The notes under the pieces are model-generated. The model was not told the origin of the DNA and made no database searches. It was given only the letters and a program-made list of their open reading frames with translations. Shown piece by piece: positions 20,430-32,704 of a stretch of 64,000 bases of DNA. The DNA lies in assembly GCF_013122565.1 (NCBI RefSeq), contig NZ_CP053258.1; one strand, 5' to 3'. Position 1 is the stretch's first letter, and the number at the start of each line of letters is the position of its first letter. The DNA is from Escherichia coli. GTDB lineage: Bacteria; Pseudomonadota; Gammaproteobacteria; Enterobacterales; Enterobacteriaceae. The position numbers and the translations under genes are program-made.

Positions 20430-21487
20430 GTGCTGGTAAGGGATTATTGCTCATCTTTTTTCTTCTTTTTCTACCCTTGAAGTCTGCGCTGGCGCTGAAC
20501 TGCTATTTTGGTACTTCCGGCGGGGCGGTAGAAAAATCGGAAGCTATTCAACCATTTGCTGTACCAGGCAATGCCAAACCAGGCGATAAAATCTGGGAGT
20601 CTGACGATATTAAAATTCCCGTTTATTGTGACAACAATACCAACGGCAACTTTGAAAGCGAGCATGTCTACGCCTGGGTAAACCCGTATCCGGGGGTGCA
20701 GGATCCTTATTATCAACTCGGCGTGACATACAATGGTGTCGATTACGATGCCAGCCTGGGGAAAAGCCGTATCGACACTAACCAGTGTATCGACAGTAAA
20801 AACATTGATATTTATACCCCTGAGCAGATCATCGCGATGGGATGGCAGAACAAAATTTGCTCGGGCGATCCCGCTAATATTCATATGTCGCGTACCTTTC
20901 TCGCTCGCATGCGGTTATACGTCAAAATTCGCGAAATGCCACCGCATGATTATCAAAGCACGCTTAGCGATTACATCGTGGTGCAATTTGATGGCGAAGG
21001 CAGTGTTAATGAGGACCCTACCGCTCAAAACCTGAAATATCATATTACCGGTCTGGAAAACATTCGCGTGCTGGACTGCAGCGTCAATTTTGCCATTACG
21101 CCTGCCAACCAGGTGATTGATTTTGGTAAATTTAACTTGCTGGATATTCGGCGACATAACATGACTAAAACGTTCAGTATTAAAACGACCAAGAGCCAAA
21201 ACGATCAATGTACCGACGGATTTAAAGTCAGTTCCTCCTTTTATACCGAAGAAACATTGATTGAAGAAGATAAAGCATTGTTGATTGGTAATGGTCTGAA
21301 GCTACGTTTACTGGATGAAAACGCCTCGCCTTATACATTCAATAAATATGCTGAATACGCCGATTTCACCAGTGACATGTTGATCTACGAAAAAACCTAT
21401 ACAGCTGAACTTTCGTCCATTCCAGGCACCCCCATCGAGGCTGGGCCCTTCGATACAGTGGTGCTTTTTAAGATTAACTATAACTGA
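20426..21487 (+). CDS. ybgO: Fimbrial adhesin-like protein
   Basis: About 353 aa secreted protein with signal peptide; last gene of the ybgDQPO cluster. Confidence 0.8.
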   Translation: MSAGKGLLLIFFLLFLPLKSALALNCYFGTSGGAVEKSEAIQPFAVPGNAKPGDKIWESDDIKIPVYCDNNTNGNFESEHVYAWVNPYPGVQDPYYQLGVTYNGVDYDASLGKSRIDTNQCIDSKNIDIYTPEQIIAMGWQNKICSGDPANIHMSRTFLARMRLYVKIREMPPHDYQSTLSDYIVVQFDGEGSVNEDPTAQNLKYHITGLENIRVLDCSVNFAITPANQVIDFGKFNLLDIRRHNMTKTFSIKTTKSQNDQCTDGFKVSSSFYTEETLIEEDKALLIGNGLKLRLLDENASPYTFNKYAEYADFTSDMLIYEKTYTAELSSIPGTPIEAGPFDTVVLFKINYN

Positions 21488-21638
21488 TTTACCATCATGC
21501 CCTTTGCAGCCGAAAAGGGCATCTCATTCAGAAAATTGCTGATTTTCCCCTTTTCCTTGATTGCTGTTATTTTTTCCTGGCCCGGCTTTCTTTATGCTGT
21601 ATCGATACACCAAAGAGAAAATAATGAGGGAGCAAAGG

Positions 21639-22685
21639 ATGCCAGTTTTGCAGTGGGGAATGTTATGTGTGTTATCACTTCTCCTTTCTATTGGTTTCCT
21701 CGCGGTACATCTCCCGGCGGCGCTATTACTTGGGCCGATGATCGCCGGGATCATCTTTAGTATGCGCGGAATTACTCTGCAACTTCCCCGCTCCGCTTTT
21801 CTCGCCGCCCAGGCCATTCTTGGCTGCATGATTGCGCAAAACCTCACTGGTTCGATCCTGACCACGCTGGCGGTGAACTGGCCGATTGTGTTAGCTATTT
21901 TACTGGTGACGCTGCTTTCCAGCGCCATTGTTGGGTGGCTACTGGTGCGCTATAGCTCATTACCTGGAAATACCGGTGCCTGGGGTTCTTCTCCTGGCGG
22001 CGCGGCGGCAATGGTCGCTATGGCGCAAGATTACGGCGCAGATATTCGCCTGGTGGCGTTTATGCAATATCTGCGAGTGCTGTTCGTCGCAGGGGCCGCT
22101 GTTCTGGTCACACGCATGATGCTGGGCGATAACGCTGAAGCGGTTAACCAGCAGATCGTCTGGTTTCCGCCAGTGAGCATTAATCTCCTGCTTACGATTT
22201 TGCTCGCGGTCGTTGCCGGTACAGTGGGATGCCTGCTGCGTCTTCCTTCCGGCACGATGCTCATCCCGATGCTGGCGGGCGCAGTGCTCCAGTCTGGTCA
22301 GCTCATCACCATCGAACTACCGGAATGGCTGCTGGCGATGGCGTATATGGCAATTGGCTGGCGAATTGGTCTGGGCTTCGATAAACAAATCTTATTGCGG
22401 GCATTGCGACCGCTGCCGCAAATCTTGATGTCGATTTTTGCTCTGCTGGCTATTTGTGCGGGTATGGCGTGGGGGCTGACCCGGTTTATGCACATTGATT
22501 TTATGACTGCCTACCTCGCCACCAGCCCCGGCGGGCTTGATACCGTGGCGGTCATCGCCGCAGGGAGCAATGCCGATATGGCGCTCATTATGGCGATGCA
22601 AACCCTGCGCCTGTTCAGTATTTTGCTGACAGGGCCTGCCATTGCGCGGTTTATTTCAACCTATGCGCCGAAACGTACGGCTTAG
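21639..22685 (+). CDS. abrB: AbrB-family membrane protein (putative regulator/transporter)
   Basis: Start trimmed to [20 protein letters not shown]; polytopic membrane protein with internal duplication; 348 aa. Confidence 0.85.
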   Translation: MPVLQWGMLCVLSLLLSIGFLAVHLPAALLLGPMIAGIIFSMRGITLQLPRSAFLAAQAILGCMIAQNLTGSILTTLAVNWPIVLAILLVTLLSSAIVGWLLVRYSSLPGNTGAWGSSPGGAAAMVAMAQDYGADIRLVAFMQYLRVLFVAGAAVLVTRMMLGDNAEAVNQQIVWFPPVSINLLLTILLAVVAGTVGCLLRLPSGTMLIPMLAGAVLQSGQLITIELPEWLLAMAYMAIGWRIGLGFDKQILLRALRPLPQILMSIFALLAICAGMAWGLTRFMHIDFMTAYLATSPGGLDTVAVIAAGSNADMALIMAMQTLRLFSILLTGPAIARFISTYAPKRTA

Positions 22686-23473
22686 TGCTGGCAGCCAGGA
22701 CACCAGTAAAACGGGCGCGATGACAACGTGGTTTTCTCAATGATGTCGCCACAGCGTTCGCACGGTTCGCCATCACGATGAAAAACCTTAAAGCGAAACA
22801 GCGCCCCATGATGCTTATTCTCATCCACCTGCCCCCGCGTAGCGTAAGAAAGTCGAGGAATATCCAGTAACGCGTGTGCGAGTGCATCCAGTTGCGCCGC
22901 CTTGAGATCTTTCGCTTTATGATTCCCAGTCAACCCAACCTGCCAGAGGATCTCCACCCGCAGATAATTGCCAAGCCCAGCGAGAAACGCCTGATCGAGC
23001 AGTAATCCAGCAAACTGACGGTTACGAAAGCGCGGCGACAATAACCGTTCTTTCACCACCTCCGGCGTCAGATTCGGATCCAGCACATCGGGACCAACGC
23101 GTTGTAAAAACGGATGCGTGGTCAGTTGTTCCGGGGTCAACATCTCAATATCCGAGGCGCTATAAAGCAGAATGGTTTTGTCGGCAGTTTGCAGCTTCAC
23201 CCGCAGCACGCGCGTGGTTTGCGGCTCTTCACCGGTATCAACCACCCGCCACACGCCGTACAGCTGGTTATGGCTGTAGAGCGTTAAGCCATCGGAAAAA
23301 TGGGTCAGCAACGCTTTTCCGCGTGTTTCCATATGAGTGACGTGTTGACCGATAAGTTGTGACTGATACGGTTGTAACTGCGGGAAGGCAAACCAGACAT
23401 CAGTTAGTGGTTTGCCTTTAATCGCCACCTCCAGGTTATCCGCTGCGCGGCGGATCTCCGGACCTTCAGGCAT
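22682..23473 (-). CDS. nei: Endonuclease VIII (DNA glycosylase/AP lyase)
   Basis: 263 aa, N-terminal MPEGPEIRR catalytic proline and C-terminal zinc finger ([25 protein letters not shown]). Confidence 0.95.
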   Translation of the reverse strand: MPEGPEIRRAADNLEVAIKGKPLTDVWFAFPQLQPYQSQLIGQHVTHMETRGKALLTHFSDGLTLYSHNQLYGVWRVVDTGEEPQTTRVLRVKLQTADKTILLYSASDIEMLTPEQLTTHPFLQRVGPDVLDPNLTPEVVKERLLSPRFRNRQFAGLLLDQAFLAGLGNYLRVEILWQVGLTGNHKAKDLKAAQLDALAHALLDIPRLSYATRGQVDENKHHGALFRFKVFHRDGEPCERCGDIIEKTTLSSRPFYWCPGCQH

Positions 23474-23507
23474 GGTGATATCCTTTTTTCGTTTTTATTC
23501 AGCGGGA

Positions 23508-24242
23508 TTATGCTGAGACAACAATCCCCTTTTTGGCAAATGCAGAGCGTAATCGGTGGGCAAACGCCAGCGCGTGCTCGCCGTCACCATGCAGGCAGAC
23601 CGTTTGTGCCGTTACTTTCGCCCATTCGCCAGTGATGCTTTTAACTCTGCCGTTTTGCACCATCTCCAGCGTCTGTGCAAGCGCCTGTTCTTCGTCTTCA
23701 ATCAGCGCGCCTGGCTGGCTTCGCGGCACCAGCGAGCCGTCAGCCTTGTAACCGCGATCGGCAAACACTTCCTCGCGCGTTGTCAGGCCATATTGCTTGC
23801 CTGCACGAATCAGCTCGCTTCCCGCCAGCCCGACGAGAATCAATGCCGGATCGCAAGCGTATACCGCTCTGGCGATGGCGTCTGCCAGTTGTGCCTCTTT
23901 CGCCGCCTGGTTGTATAACATGCCGTGCGGTTTAACATGGCGCATAACACCGCCTTGCGCACGGGCAATCGTTGCCAGCGCGCCAATTTGATACAGCGTC
24001 TGGGCGTAAACGGTTTCTGGCGGCAGCTGCATGACGCTGCGCCCAAAATTTTCCCTGTCGGGAAAACTCGGGTGAGCGCCAATCGCAACACCATTTTTTA
24101 TTGCTTCACGCACGCAAGCCTGCATGGTTTGCGCATCGCCTGCATGAAATCCACAGGCAATATTGGCAGAGGAAACCAGCGTTAATAGCTCTGCGTCGCT
24201 GGCATAGCCTTCGCCCAGATCGGCGTTCAGGTCAATTTTCAT
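23508..24242 (-). CDS. pxpA: 5-oxoprolinase subunit A (LamB/YcsF family)
   Basis: 244 aa, [36 protein letters not shown]...; K-12 ybgL. Confidence 0.9.
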   Translation of the reverse strand: MKIDLNADLGEGYASDAELLTLVSSANIACGFHAGDAQTMQACVREAIKNGVAIGAHPSFPDRENFGRSVMQLPPETVYAQTLYQIGALATIARAQGGVMRHVKPHGMLYNQAAKEAQLADAIARAVYACDPALILVGLAGSELIRAGKQYGLTTREEVFADRGYKADGSLVPRSQPGALIEDEEQALAQTLEMVQNGRVKSITGEWAKVTAQTVCLHGDGEHALAFAHRLRSAFAKKGIVVSA

Positions 24243-25164
24243 TGTGCAGCCGCCACGCTAATTGTTCGAAATAACGTTGCTGATCTTGCCGTGCTTTCAG
24301 TGCTTCTTCCAGTGAACACTGGACAAAATGAATCGGCTGACCGAGCGGAATTTGCGCCAGATGGTACATATCAGCCTCGATGATACAGGCAATACGCGGA
24401 TAACCACCGGTGGTCTGTGCGTCGTTCATCAACACAATCGGCTGCCCGTTATGCGGCACCTGCACCACGCCCGGTAACAAACCGTGAGATAACAGTTCGC
24501 GATCGGTGGTGCGTTTTAAAATTTGCCCCTGTAAGCGATAGCCCATACGGTTGCTTTGCGGGCTAAGCTGCCAGGGCGAACGCCAGAATGCATCCTGCGA
24601 GGCGCGATCGAACTCATGATATTCCGGCCCCGGCAAGGCACGAATGCGGTTGCCCCACAGCAGCTGTTTAACGCCCTGCGCTTCCATAAAATCACGCTTC
24701 GCTTTGCCAATCGGGAGCCGGTCACCATCCTTCAGTAAACGGCCTTCCAGCCCGCCAATCCCCACGTTGAGATCGGTGCTGCATGACCCCATTACCGGCG
24801 GAACATCAATACCACCCGCGACCGCCAGATAACTGCGCATCCCGTGCTGCGGGCGTTTAAGCGTTAAACGCTGGCCTGCTTTCATCGGCAATCGCCAGCC
24901 GGTCCAGACGGCGTTATCATCCAGCCGCGCTTCGCAACCTGCACCCGTCAGGGCAAACCACCCATCAGTTTCGAACTCAACCGTTAACTGACCGAGCGTG
25001 ATTTCCAGCGCGGGGGCATTGTCGTCATTACCCACCAGCAGGTTAGCAATGCGCAGCGCAGGCATATCCAGTGCGCCACAGTGGCTGATACCCGACTGGC
25101 GAAAACCGTGACGACCGCCATCCTGCACAGTGGTATACATGCCCGCACGAATAATCTTCAGCAT
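24232..25164 (-). CDS. pxpC: 5-oxoprolinase subunit C (allophanate hydrolase subunit 2 family)
   Basis: 310 aa; K-12 ybgK; overlaps neighbours as in an operon. Confidence 0.9.
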   Translation of the reverse strand: MLKIIRAGMYTTVQDGGRHGFRQSGISHCGALDMPALRIANLLVGNDDNAPALEITLGQLTVEFETDGWFALTGAGCEARLDDNAVWTGWRLPMKAGQRLTLKRPQHGMRSYLAVAGGIDVPPVMGSCSTDLNVGIGGLEGRLLKDGDRLPIGKAKRDFMEAQGVKQLLWGNRIRALPGPEYHEFDRASQDAFWRSPWQLSPQSNRMGYRLQGQILKRTTDRELLSHGLLPGVVQVPHNGQPIVLMNDAQTTGGYPRIACIIEADMYHLAQIPLGQPIHFVQCSLEEALKARQDQQRYFEQLAWRLHNEN

Positions 25165-25814
25165 ACTCCCTCCTTCTGCGGTACAAAGCGCACGCTGTCT
25201 CCCGGACGTAATAAGATGGGTTCGTCACGCGCCGGATCAAACAGGCTGAGTGAGGTGTGACCAATCAACTGCCAGCCACCCGGCGTCGCCAGCGGATAAA
25301 CGCCAGTCTGCGGCCCGCCGATCCCGACAGAACCTGCAGGAACGAGCAAGCGCGGTTCAGCGCGCCGTGGCGTGTGTAGTTGTTCCGGCAAACTCCCGAG
25401 ATACGGGAAGCCCGGTTGAAAACCTAAAAACCAGACCACGTATTCCACGGAGGAGTGCAATTCAACAACCTGTTTTTCGCTCAACCCACAATGCGCCGCG
25501 ACCACCGCCAAATCCGGTCCGCCTGCTCCACCGTAAACCACCGGAATTTCAATAAAGCGAGAATCCGGCTCCAGCGCCTCACTCTCCTCCCACCAGCGTT
25601 GCAAACGCTCTATGGCATCCAGCGCCAGCGACTCAGGATTACGCAAAATCACCGTGATATTGTTCATGCCGGGAATAGCTTCAACCACATTCGGCATATC
25701 CACCAGACGCTGTGCCAGTCGCCAGATCCGTTTCTGGCTAGCCAGCGTCACCGGCGGTTCCAGTTCCAGCACTACCGCCGTTTCACCTATCAGATAACAA
25801 CGCGCTCGTTGCAC
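25158..25814 (-). CDS. pxpB: 5-oxoprolinase subunit B (allophanate hydrolase subunit 1 family)
   Basis: 218 aa; K-12 ybgJ. Confidence 0.9.
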   Translation of the reverse strand: MQRARCYLIGETAVVLELEPPVTLASQKRIWRLAQRLVDMPNVVEAIPGMNNITVILRNPESLALDAIERLQRWWEESEALEPDSRFIEIPVVYGGAGGPDLAVVAAHCGLSEKQVVELHSSVEYVVWFLGFQPGFPYLGSLPEQLHTPRRAEPRLLVPAGSVGIGGPQTGVYPLATPGGWQLIGHTSLSLFDPARDEPILLRPGDSVRFVPQKEGVC

Positions 25815-25836
25815 TTTCGATCCCTCTGATTATTCG

Positions 25837-26580
25837 TTATGCAGGATTAGGAATATCAATAAAGGTCACATCAAGATCGGTATTTCCATTCAGCCACTCG
25901 CTCAACGCGCGAATACCACCGCGTTCAGTGGCATGGTGACCCGCAGCATAAAAATGCAATCCCTGCTCGCGGGCTGAATGAATGGTCTGTTCAGAAACTT
26001 CGCCAGTAATAAAAGCATCCACGCCAAAACGCGCGGCGCTATCGATAAAACTTTGCCCGCCGCCCGTGCACCAGGCAACACGCTGGACCACCTCAGGTCC
26101 GGTATCGCCACACCATAACGGCTTACGTCCCAGGCGCGCTTCAATCCAGGAAGCCAGCTCCAGTCCCGGCACAGGCATGGTCAGCTCGCCCCACGGCACC
26201 AATGGCTCAATTTCGCCCATGACCGTGATCCCCAGTAACGCCGCCAGCTGTGCGTTATTGCCCAGCTCAGGATGTGCGTCAAGCGGCAAATGCCAGCCAT
26301 ACAGGTTGATATCATTCGCCAGCAAGGTTTTTAAACGGTTACGCTTCATGCCGCGAATGACCGGAGATTCGCCTTTCCAGAAGTAGCCATGATGCACAAT
26401 GACCGCATCCGCACCCAGACGCACTGCCTCATCGAGCAAAGCCTGGCTGGCGGTGACACCGGTAACAATTTTTTGCACCGTCTCTTTGCCTTCCACCTGC
26501 AAACCATTCGGCGCGTAATCACTAATCGCCGCGCTGTTCAGTTTTTCGTTAATCAGTTGTTCCAGTTCGGTGTTTTTCAT
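25837..26580 (-). CDS. ybgI: Nif3-family metal-binding protein
   Basis: 247 aa, MKNTELEQLINEKLNSAAISDYAPNGLQVEG... Confidence 0.9.
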   Translation of the reverse strand: MKNTELEQLINEKLNSAAISDYAPNGLQVEGKETVQKIVTGVTASQALLDEAVRLGADAVIVHHGYFWKGESPVIRGMKRNRLKTLLANDINLYGWHLPLDAHPELGNNAQLAALLGITVMGEIEPLVPWGELTMPVPGLELASWIEARLGRKPLWCGDTGPEVVQRVAWCTGGGQSFIDSAARFGVDAFITGEVSEQTIHSAREQGLHFYAAGHHATERGGIRALSEWLNGNTDLDVTFIDIPNPA

Positions 26581-26667
26581 CTTCGCGCCTTCCGTATTCT
26601 GATAGCTACACCGTTAACATAGCGTTACCTCGCCTGTTCGTCGATAGCCAATCTTTTGACATATTAA

Positions 26668-28332
<1,665 letters not shown>

Positions 28333-28374
28333 CAGGCCAGCACCGATGCCTGATAAGACGCTCGCTGCGTTTTA

Positions 28375-29793
28375 TCAGGCTCCTTTCCTCGCTTCTTCAT
28401 ACGCTGCCAGCGTTCGCAGCCTTGCCTCTTTGTGATCAACTATCGGTTGCGGATAATCCAGCATCACACCTGCTTTCTGCGCCCACTTCCACGGCTCATG
28501 CACCGCTTTCCCTGGTACATCGCGCAGCTCCGGTAACCATCGGCGGATAAACTCACCTTCGCGATCAAATTTCTCGCCCTGGGTTGTCGGGTTAAAAATA
28601 CGAAAATACGGCGCAGCATCGGTTCCGGTGGAGGCCGCCCATTGCCAGCCACCGTTATTGGCTGCCAAATCACCATCAATCAGCTGCGACATGAAATATC
28701 GCTCGCCTTCGCGCCAGTCGATCAATAAATCTTTCACCAGAAAACTGGCTGTAATCATCCGTAGCCGGTTATGCATCCAGCCAGTGTTGTTAAGCTGACG
28801 CATGGCGGCATCGACAATCGGGTATCCGGTTTTACCTTCCTGCCAGGCCTGTAAATGGGCGGGATTGCTTTGCCATTGCACGCGGTCGGTCCAGGCAATA
28901 AACGGTCGATGTTTACACAACGAGGGGTAATACGTCATTAGATGACGGTAGAACTCGCGCCAGATCAGCTCATTAAGCCAGACACTACCGGCCCCACCGT
29001 CCAGCGCCTGAGGCTGTTCCGCCAACAGGCGATGCAAACACTGGCGAGGCGATAACCCGCCCGTTGCCAGACTGGCGGACAAACGACTGGTGCCTTCCAC
29101 TGCCGGAAAATCTCGTTGTTGCTCATACTCTCCGGCACCGTTCTGGCAAAACTGGCGTAATTGCGCAATCACCGCTTTTTCTTCCACCGGGAAATGCGCA
29201 GTATCGAAAGACTGACGAGGATAATTCAGCGTAATGGATGGCGCGGGCTCTATCGATCCGCTACTACGAACTTTTGGTGCAGTGACGCACTCCGGCATCC
29301 CTTCCCGCAGCCGTTTCAGCCAGGCATTCTTAAAAGGCGTAAAGACTTTGTACATCTCGTGATTGCCGGTCATCACCGCCCCCGGCGGCAGGATCACGCT
29401 GTCATCAAATCCTTCACACACCACGTTACGCAGCGCCCTCTCAGCCTGCACATCCCGCGCCCGCTCATTCACCTCATACTGATAGTTATAAAACAGATGG
29501 GTAATGCGATTTTCCACGCACACCTGTTTAACTGTTTCGACACTGGCAGCAAAGTCATCCACTTCACGGAACAATAAAGGAATGCCTTTTTCCGCCAGCG
29601 CTATTCGTAGCCCATTCAGTTGCGCATTGATAAATTCAGCCTGACGCGGCGACATATTATGCACTGCCCACTGGCGCGGTGTAGCGATATACAACGCCAG
29701 CACGCGTGCAGACGAATTGCGGCAGGCGGCAGCCAGCGCGAGATTATCATGCAGACGTAAATCCTGGCGAAACCAGACCAGATGGGTAGTCAT
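28375..29793 (-). CDS. phr: Deoxyribodipyrimidine photolyase
   Basis: 472 aa, MTTHLVWFRQDLRLHDNLALAAACRN...; FAD-binding C-terminal domain. Confidence 0.95.
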   Translation of the reverse strand: MTTHLVWFRQDLRLHDNLALAAACRNSSARVLALYIATPRQWAVHNMSPRQAEFINAQLNGLRIALAEKGIPLLFREVDDFAASVETVKQVCVENRITHLFYNYQYEVNERARDVQAERALRNVVCEGFDDSVILPPGAVMTGNHEMYKVFTPFKNAWLKRLREGMPECVTAPKVRSSGSIEPAPSITLNYPRQSFDTAHFPVEEKAVIAQLRQFCQNGAGEYEQQRDFPAVEGTSRLSASLATGGLSPRQCLHRLLAEQPQALDGGAGSVWLNELIWREFYRHLMTYYPSLCKHRPFIAWTDRVQWQSNPAHLQAWQEGKTGYPIVDAAMRQLNNTGWMHNRLRMITASFLVKDLLIDWREGERYFMSQLIDGDLAANNGGWQWAASTGTDAAPYFRIFNPTTQGEKFDREGEFIRRWLPELRDVPGKAVHEPWKWAQKAGVMLDYPQPIVDHKEARLRTLAAYEEARKGA

Positions 29794-30299
29794 AAAGCTC
29801 CTGCATGGCGCAAGTTAATCACACGCGGCCAAAGTTCGAAATAACGCTGCCCTGAAAGCCAGGCGTCAGGATAAAGCGCCATATAGTGTTTGATACGCAT
29901 CAGCGGCGCAAGAAGCGGTTGCTCGCCACGGCGATAACTGTCGATAAGCGCAGCCAGCTGCTGGCGTTCTGTGGAATCAATATGTGGGCGAAAATAACCC
30001 TGAACGTGCATCAAAACGTTGGTGTGATCGCGCGTGTTGGCGGGGTGAGAAAGTAAAACGATTACACGTTGGCGGTACTGGTTGTAATAGTCATCCAGAT
30101 TTTGCCACCGATGAATATCAGCCACAAACGGGCCAAGTTTGCGGTATTCCGGCTGGTAATGCGCCAGAAAGACGAGTTTATAGCGGCTGTGATAATCGTT
30201 GAACGCCCCACGCGTTAGCCCATGTTCTTTCAGTCGATGTAACTCATGAAGGGCGAAGATACGGATTAGGGTGCTTTCATCAAATCGTTGCTGATTCAT
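29790..30299 (-). CDS. ybgA: DUF1722-family protein cotranscribed with photolyase
   Basis: Start trimmed to MNQQRFDESTLIRIFALHELHRLKEHG (169 aa); stop overlaps the phr start. Confidence 0.85.
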   Translation of the reverse strand: MNQQRFDESTLIRIFALHELHRLKEHGLTRGAFNDYHSRYKLVFLAHYQPEYRKLGPFVADIHRWQNLDDYYNQYRQRVIVLLSHPANTRDHTNVLMHVQGYFRPHIDSTERQQLAALIDSYRRGEQPLLAPLMRIKHYMALYPDAWLSGQRYFELWPRVINLRHAGAL

Positions 30300-30400
30300 T
30301 ACTGCTCCTGAACGGTTTACAGGAGTAAGTGTAGACGGCGAAAAGAAAAAAACCGCCAGCGTTTCCACTAGCGGTTTTCAATGTATTCAAAACTCAGCAA

Positions 30401-30607
30401 TCAGTAAAAATCACCGGTTGCCTTTTCGGCCTGATCCATCCAAACCGGTTTATCGCTGGTTTTCGACCAGACGCGATGCAGGTAGCTGTAAAAGCGGGCG
30501 CGGTCTTTCCAGAAAAGCATGAAAGGCAGCGCCAGAACGCCCGCTGCAACCGCATAAGTACGGCGTAAAAAGATAAGCCATGCAGGATATTCTCTGTAGA
30601 GTTCCAT
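30401..30607 (-). CDS. ybfA: Small DUF2517-family protein
   Basis: 68 aa, [68 protein letters not shown]. Confidence 0.8.
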
Positions 30608-30816
30608 ACTTTTCTCCCCCTTTTGTATCTACCCGGTGAATAGCACCGGAAAAATGAATTTGTTTATCTGATGAAAATAGTACCGCCTTTTGTGTAATTT
30701 TACTACTCATCCGACCACTTATTTTTGCTTATTGATGGTTTATTTACATTCATCCTGTAATTAAGTTACACAAAAGTTAAATTAATACTAAACGTTAGTT
30801 AAATCATGGCTTTTGC

Positions 30817-30842
30817 CATTTTTATACTTTTTTTACACCCCG
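30817..30842 (+). promoter_or_regulatory. KdpE-binding site / kdpFABC promoter region
   Basis: CATTTTTATACTTTTTTTACACCCCG upstream of kdpF matches the T-rich KdpE operator as I recall it. Confidence 0.5.
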
Positions 30843-30919
30843 TCCGCAGATTTTTGCGAAATCTTTGCAGCCAGAATTCTACCCTTCCGGTATCACTTTT
30901 AGGCCACTGGAGGTGCACT

Positions 30920-31009
30920 GTGAGTGCAGGCGTGATAACCGGCGTATTGCTGGTGTTTTTATTACTGGGTTATCTGGTTTATGCCCTGATCAATGCGGAG
31001 GCGTTCTGA
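30920..31009 (+). CDS. kdpF: K+-transporting ATPase small subunit F
   Basis: GTG-initiated 29-aa hydrophobic peptide [29 protein letters not shown] with GGAGG upstream; stop overlaps the kdpA ATG (TGATG). Confidence 0.85.
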
Positions 31010-32682
31010 TGGCTGCGCAAGGGTTCTTACTGATCGCCACGTTTTTACTGGTGTTAATGGTGCTGGCGCGCCCTTTAGGCAGCGGGCTGGCGCGGCTGAT
31101 TAATGACATACCTCTTCCCGGTACAGCGGGCGTTGAACGTATACTCTTTCGTTTACCTGGCGTCTCTGACAGTGAGATGAACTGGAAGCAGTATCTCTGT
31201 GCCATTCTCGGCCTGAACATGCTGGGGCTGGCGGTGCTGTTTTTCATGCTGCTCGGTCAGCACTATCTACCGCTTAATCCACAGCAGTTGCTGGGGCTGT
31301 CGTGGGATCTGGCGCTGAATACCGCCGTCAGCTTTGTCACGAATACCAACTGGCAATCTTATAGCGGTGAAACCACGTTGAGCTATTTCAGCCAGATGGC
31401 GGGCTTAACGGTGCAAAACTTTCTTTCTGCCGCCAGCGGGATTGCGGTGATTTTTGCCTTCATCCGTGCATTTACCCGCCAGAGCATGAGCACACTCGGG
31501 AATGCCTGGGTCGATCTGCTACGCATCACGTTATGGGTGCTAGTCCCTGTGGCGTTGTTGATCGCACTGTTTTTTATTCAACAAGGTGCACTGCAAAACT
31601 TTCAGCCTTATCAGGCGGTGAATACCGTTGAAGGAGCGCAACAGCTGTTACCAATGGGTCCGGTGGCTTCTCAGGAAGCGATCAAGATGCTCGGCACTAA
31701 CGGCGGTGGTTTCTTTAATGCCAACTCGTCGCATCCGTTTGAAAACCCAACCGCACTGACCAACTTCGTGCAGATGCTGGCGATCTTCTTGATCCCAACA
31801 GCGCTGTGCTTTGCCTTTGGTGAAGTGACGGGCGATCGCCGTCAGGGGCGCATGTTGCTGTGGGCGATGTCGGTGATTTTTGTCATCTGCGTAGGCGTGG
31901 TGATGTGGGCAGAAGTTCAGGGTAATCCTCATCTGCTGGCGCTGGGTGCGGACAGCAGCATCAATATGGAAGGTAAAGAGAGCCGTTTCGGCGTGCTGGT
32001 CAGTAGCCTGTTTGCGGTCGTGACTACAGCGGCATCCTGTGGCGCGGTGATTGCGATGCATGATTCGTTTACCGCTCTCGGTGGCATGGTGCCGATGTGG
32101 CTGATGCAAATTGGTGAAGTGGTATTCGGCGGTGTCGGTTCTGGTCTTTACGGCATGATGCTGTTTGTCCTGCTGGCGGTGTTTATTGCCGGGCTGATGA
32201 TTGGTCGTACACCGGAATATCTGGGTAAAAAAATCGACGTACGTGAGATGAAACTGACTGCACTGGCGATTCTGGTCACCCCGACGCTGGTGCTGATGGG
32301 CGCGGCGCTGGCAATGATGACCGACGCCGGACGTAGCGCCATGCTCAACCCTGGCCCGCATGGTTTTAGCGAAGTGCTGTACGCCGTGTCATCCGCCGCT
32401 AACAACAACGGCAGCGCCTTTGCCGGATTAAGCGCCAACTCTCCGTTCTGGAACTGTTTACTGGCGTTCTGCATGTTTGTCGGTCGCTTCGGGGTGATTA
32501 TCCCGGTGATGGCAATTGCCGGTTCGCTGGTGAGTAAAAAGAGCCAACCCGCCAGCTCCGGCACGCTGCCAACGCACGGCCCGCTGTTTGTTGGCCTGTT
32601 AATCGGCACCGTGTTGCTGGTTGGCGCACTGACCTTTATCCCTGCCCTGGCGCTTGGTCCGGTGGTGGAATATCTCTCCTGA
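31009..32682 (+). CDS. kdpA: K+-transporting ATPase subunit A
   Basis: Start trimmed to [38 protein letters not shown] (557 aa). Confidence 0.97.
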   Translation: MAAQGFLLIATFLLVLMVLARPLGSGLARLINDIPLPGTAGVERILFRLPGVSDSEMNWKQYLCAILGLNMLGLAVLFFMLLGQHYLPLNPQQLLGLSWDLALNTAVSFVTNTNWQSYSGETTLSYFSQMAGLTVQNFLSAASGIAVIFAFIRAFTRQSMSTLGNAWVDLLRITLWVLVPVALLIALFFIQQGALQNFQPYQAVNTVEGAQQLLPMGPVASQEAIKMLGTNGGGFFNANSSHPFENPTALTNFVQMLAIFLIPTALCFAFGEVTGDRRQGRMLLWAMSVIFVICVGVVMWAEVQGNPHLLALGADSSINMEGKESRFGVLVSSLFAVVTTAASCGAVIAMHDSFTALGGMVPMWLMQIGEVVFGGVGSGLYGMMLFVLLAVFIAGLMIGRTPEYLGKKIDVREMKLTALAILVTPTLVLMGAALAMMTDAGRSAMLNPGPHGFSEVLYAVSSAANNNGSAFAGLSANSPFWNCLLAFCMFVGRFGVIIPVMAIAGSLVSKKSQPASSGTLPTHGPLFVGLLIGTVLLVGALTFIPALALGPVVEYLS

Positions 32683-32704
32683 TGATATTGAGTGAGCACT
32701 GAAT

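Noticed and set aside
30806-31009. 67-aa ATG-initiated ORF upstream of kdpA
   Set aside because: The conserved product is the 29-aa KdpF starting at the internal GTG (30920) with its own SD; the longer ORF is a read-in from the promoter region.
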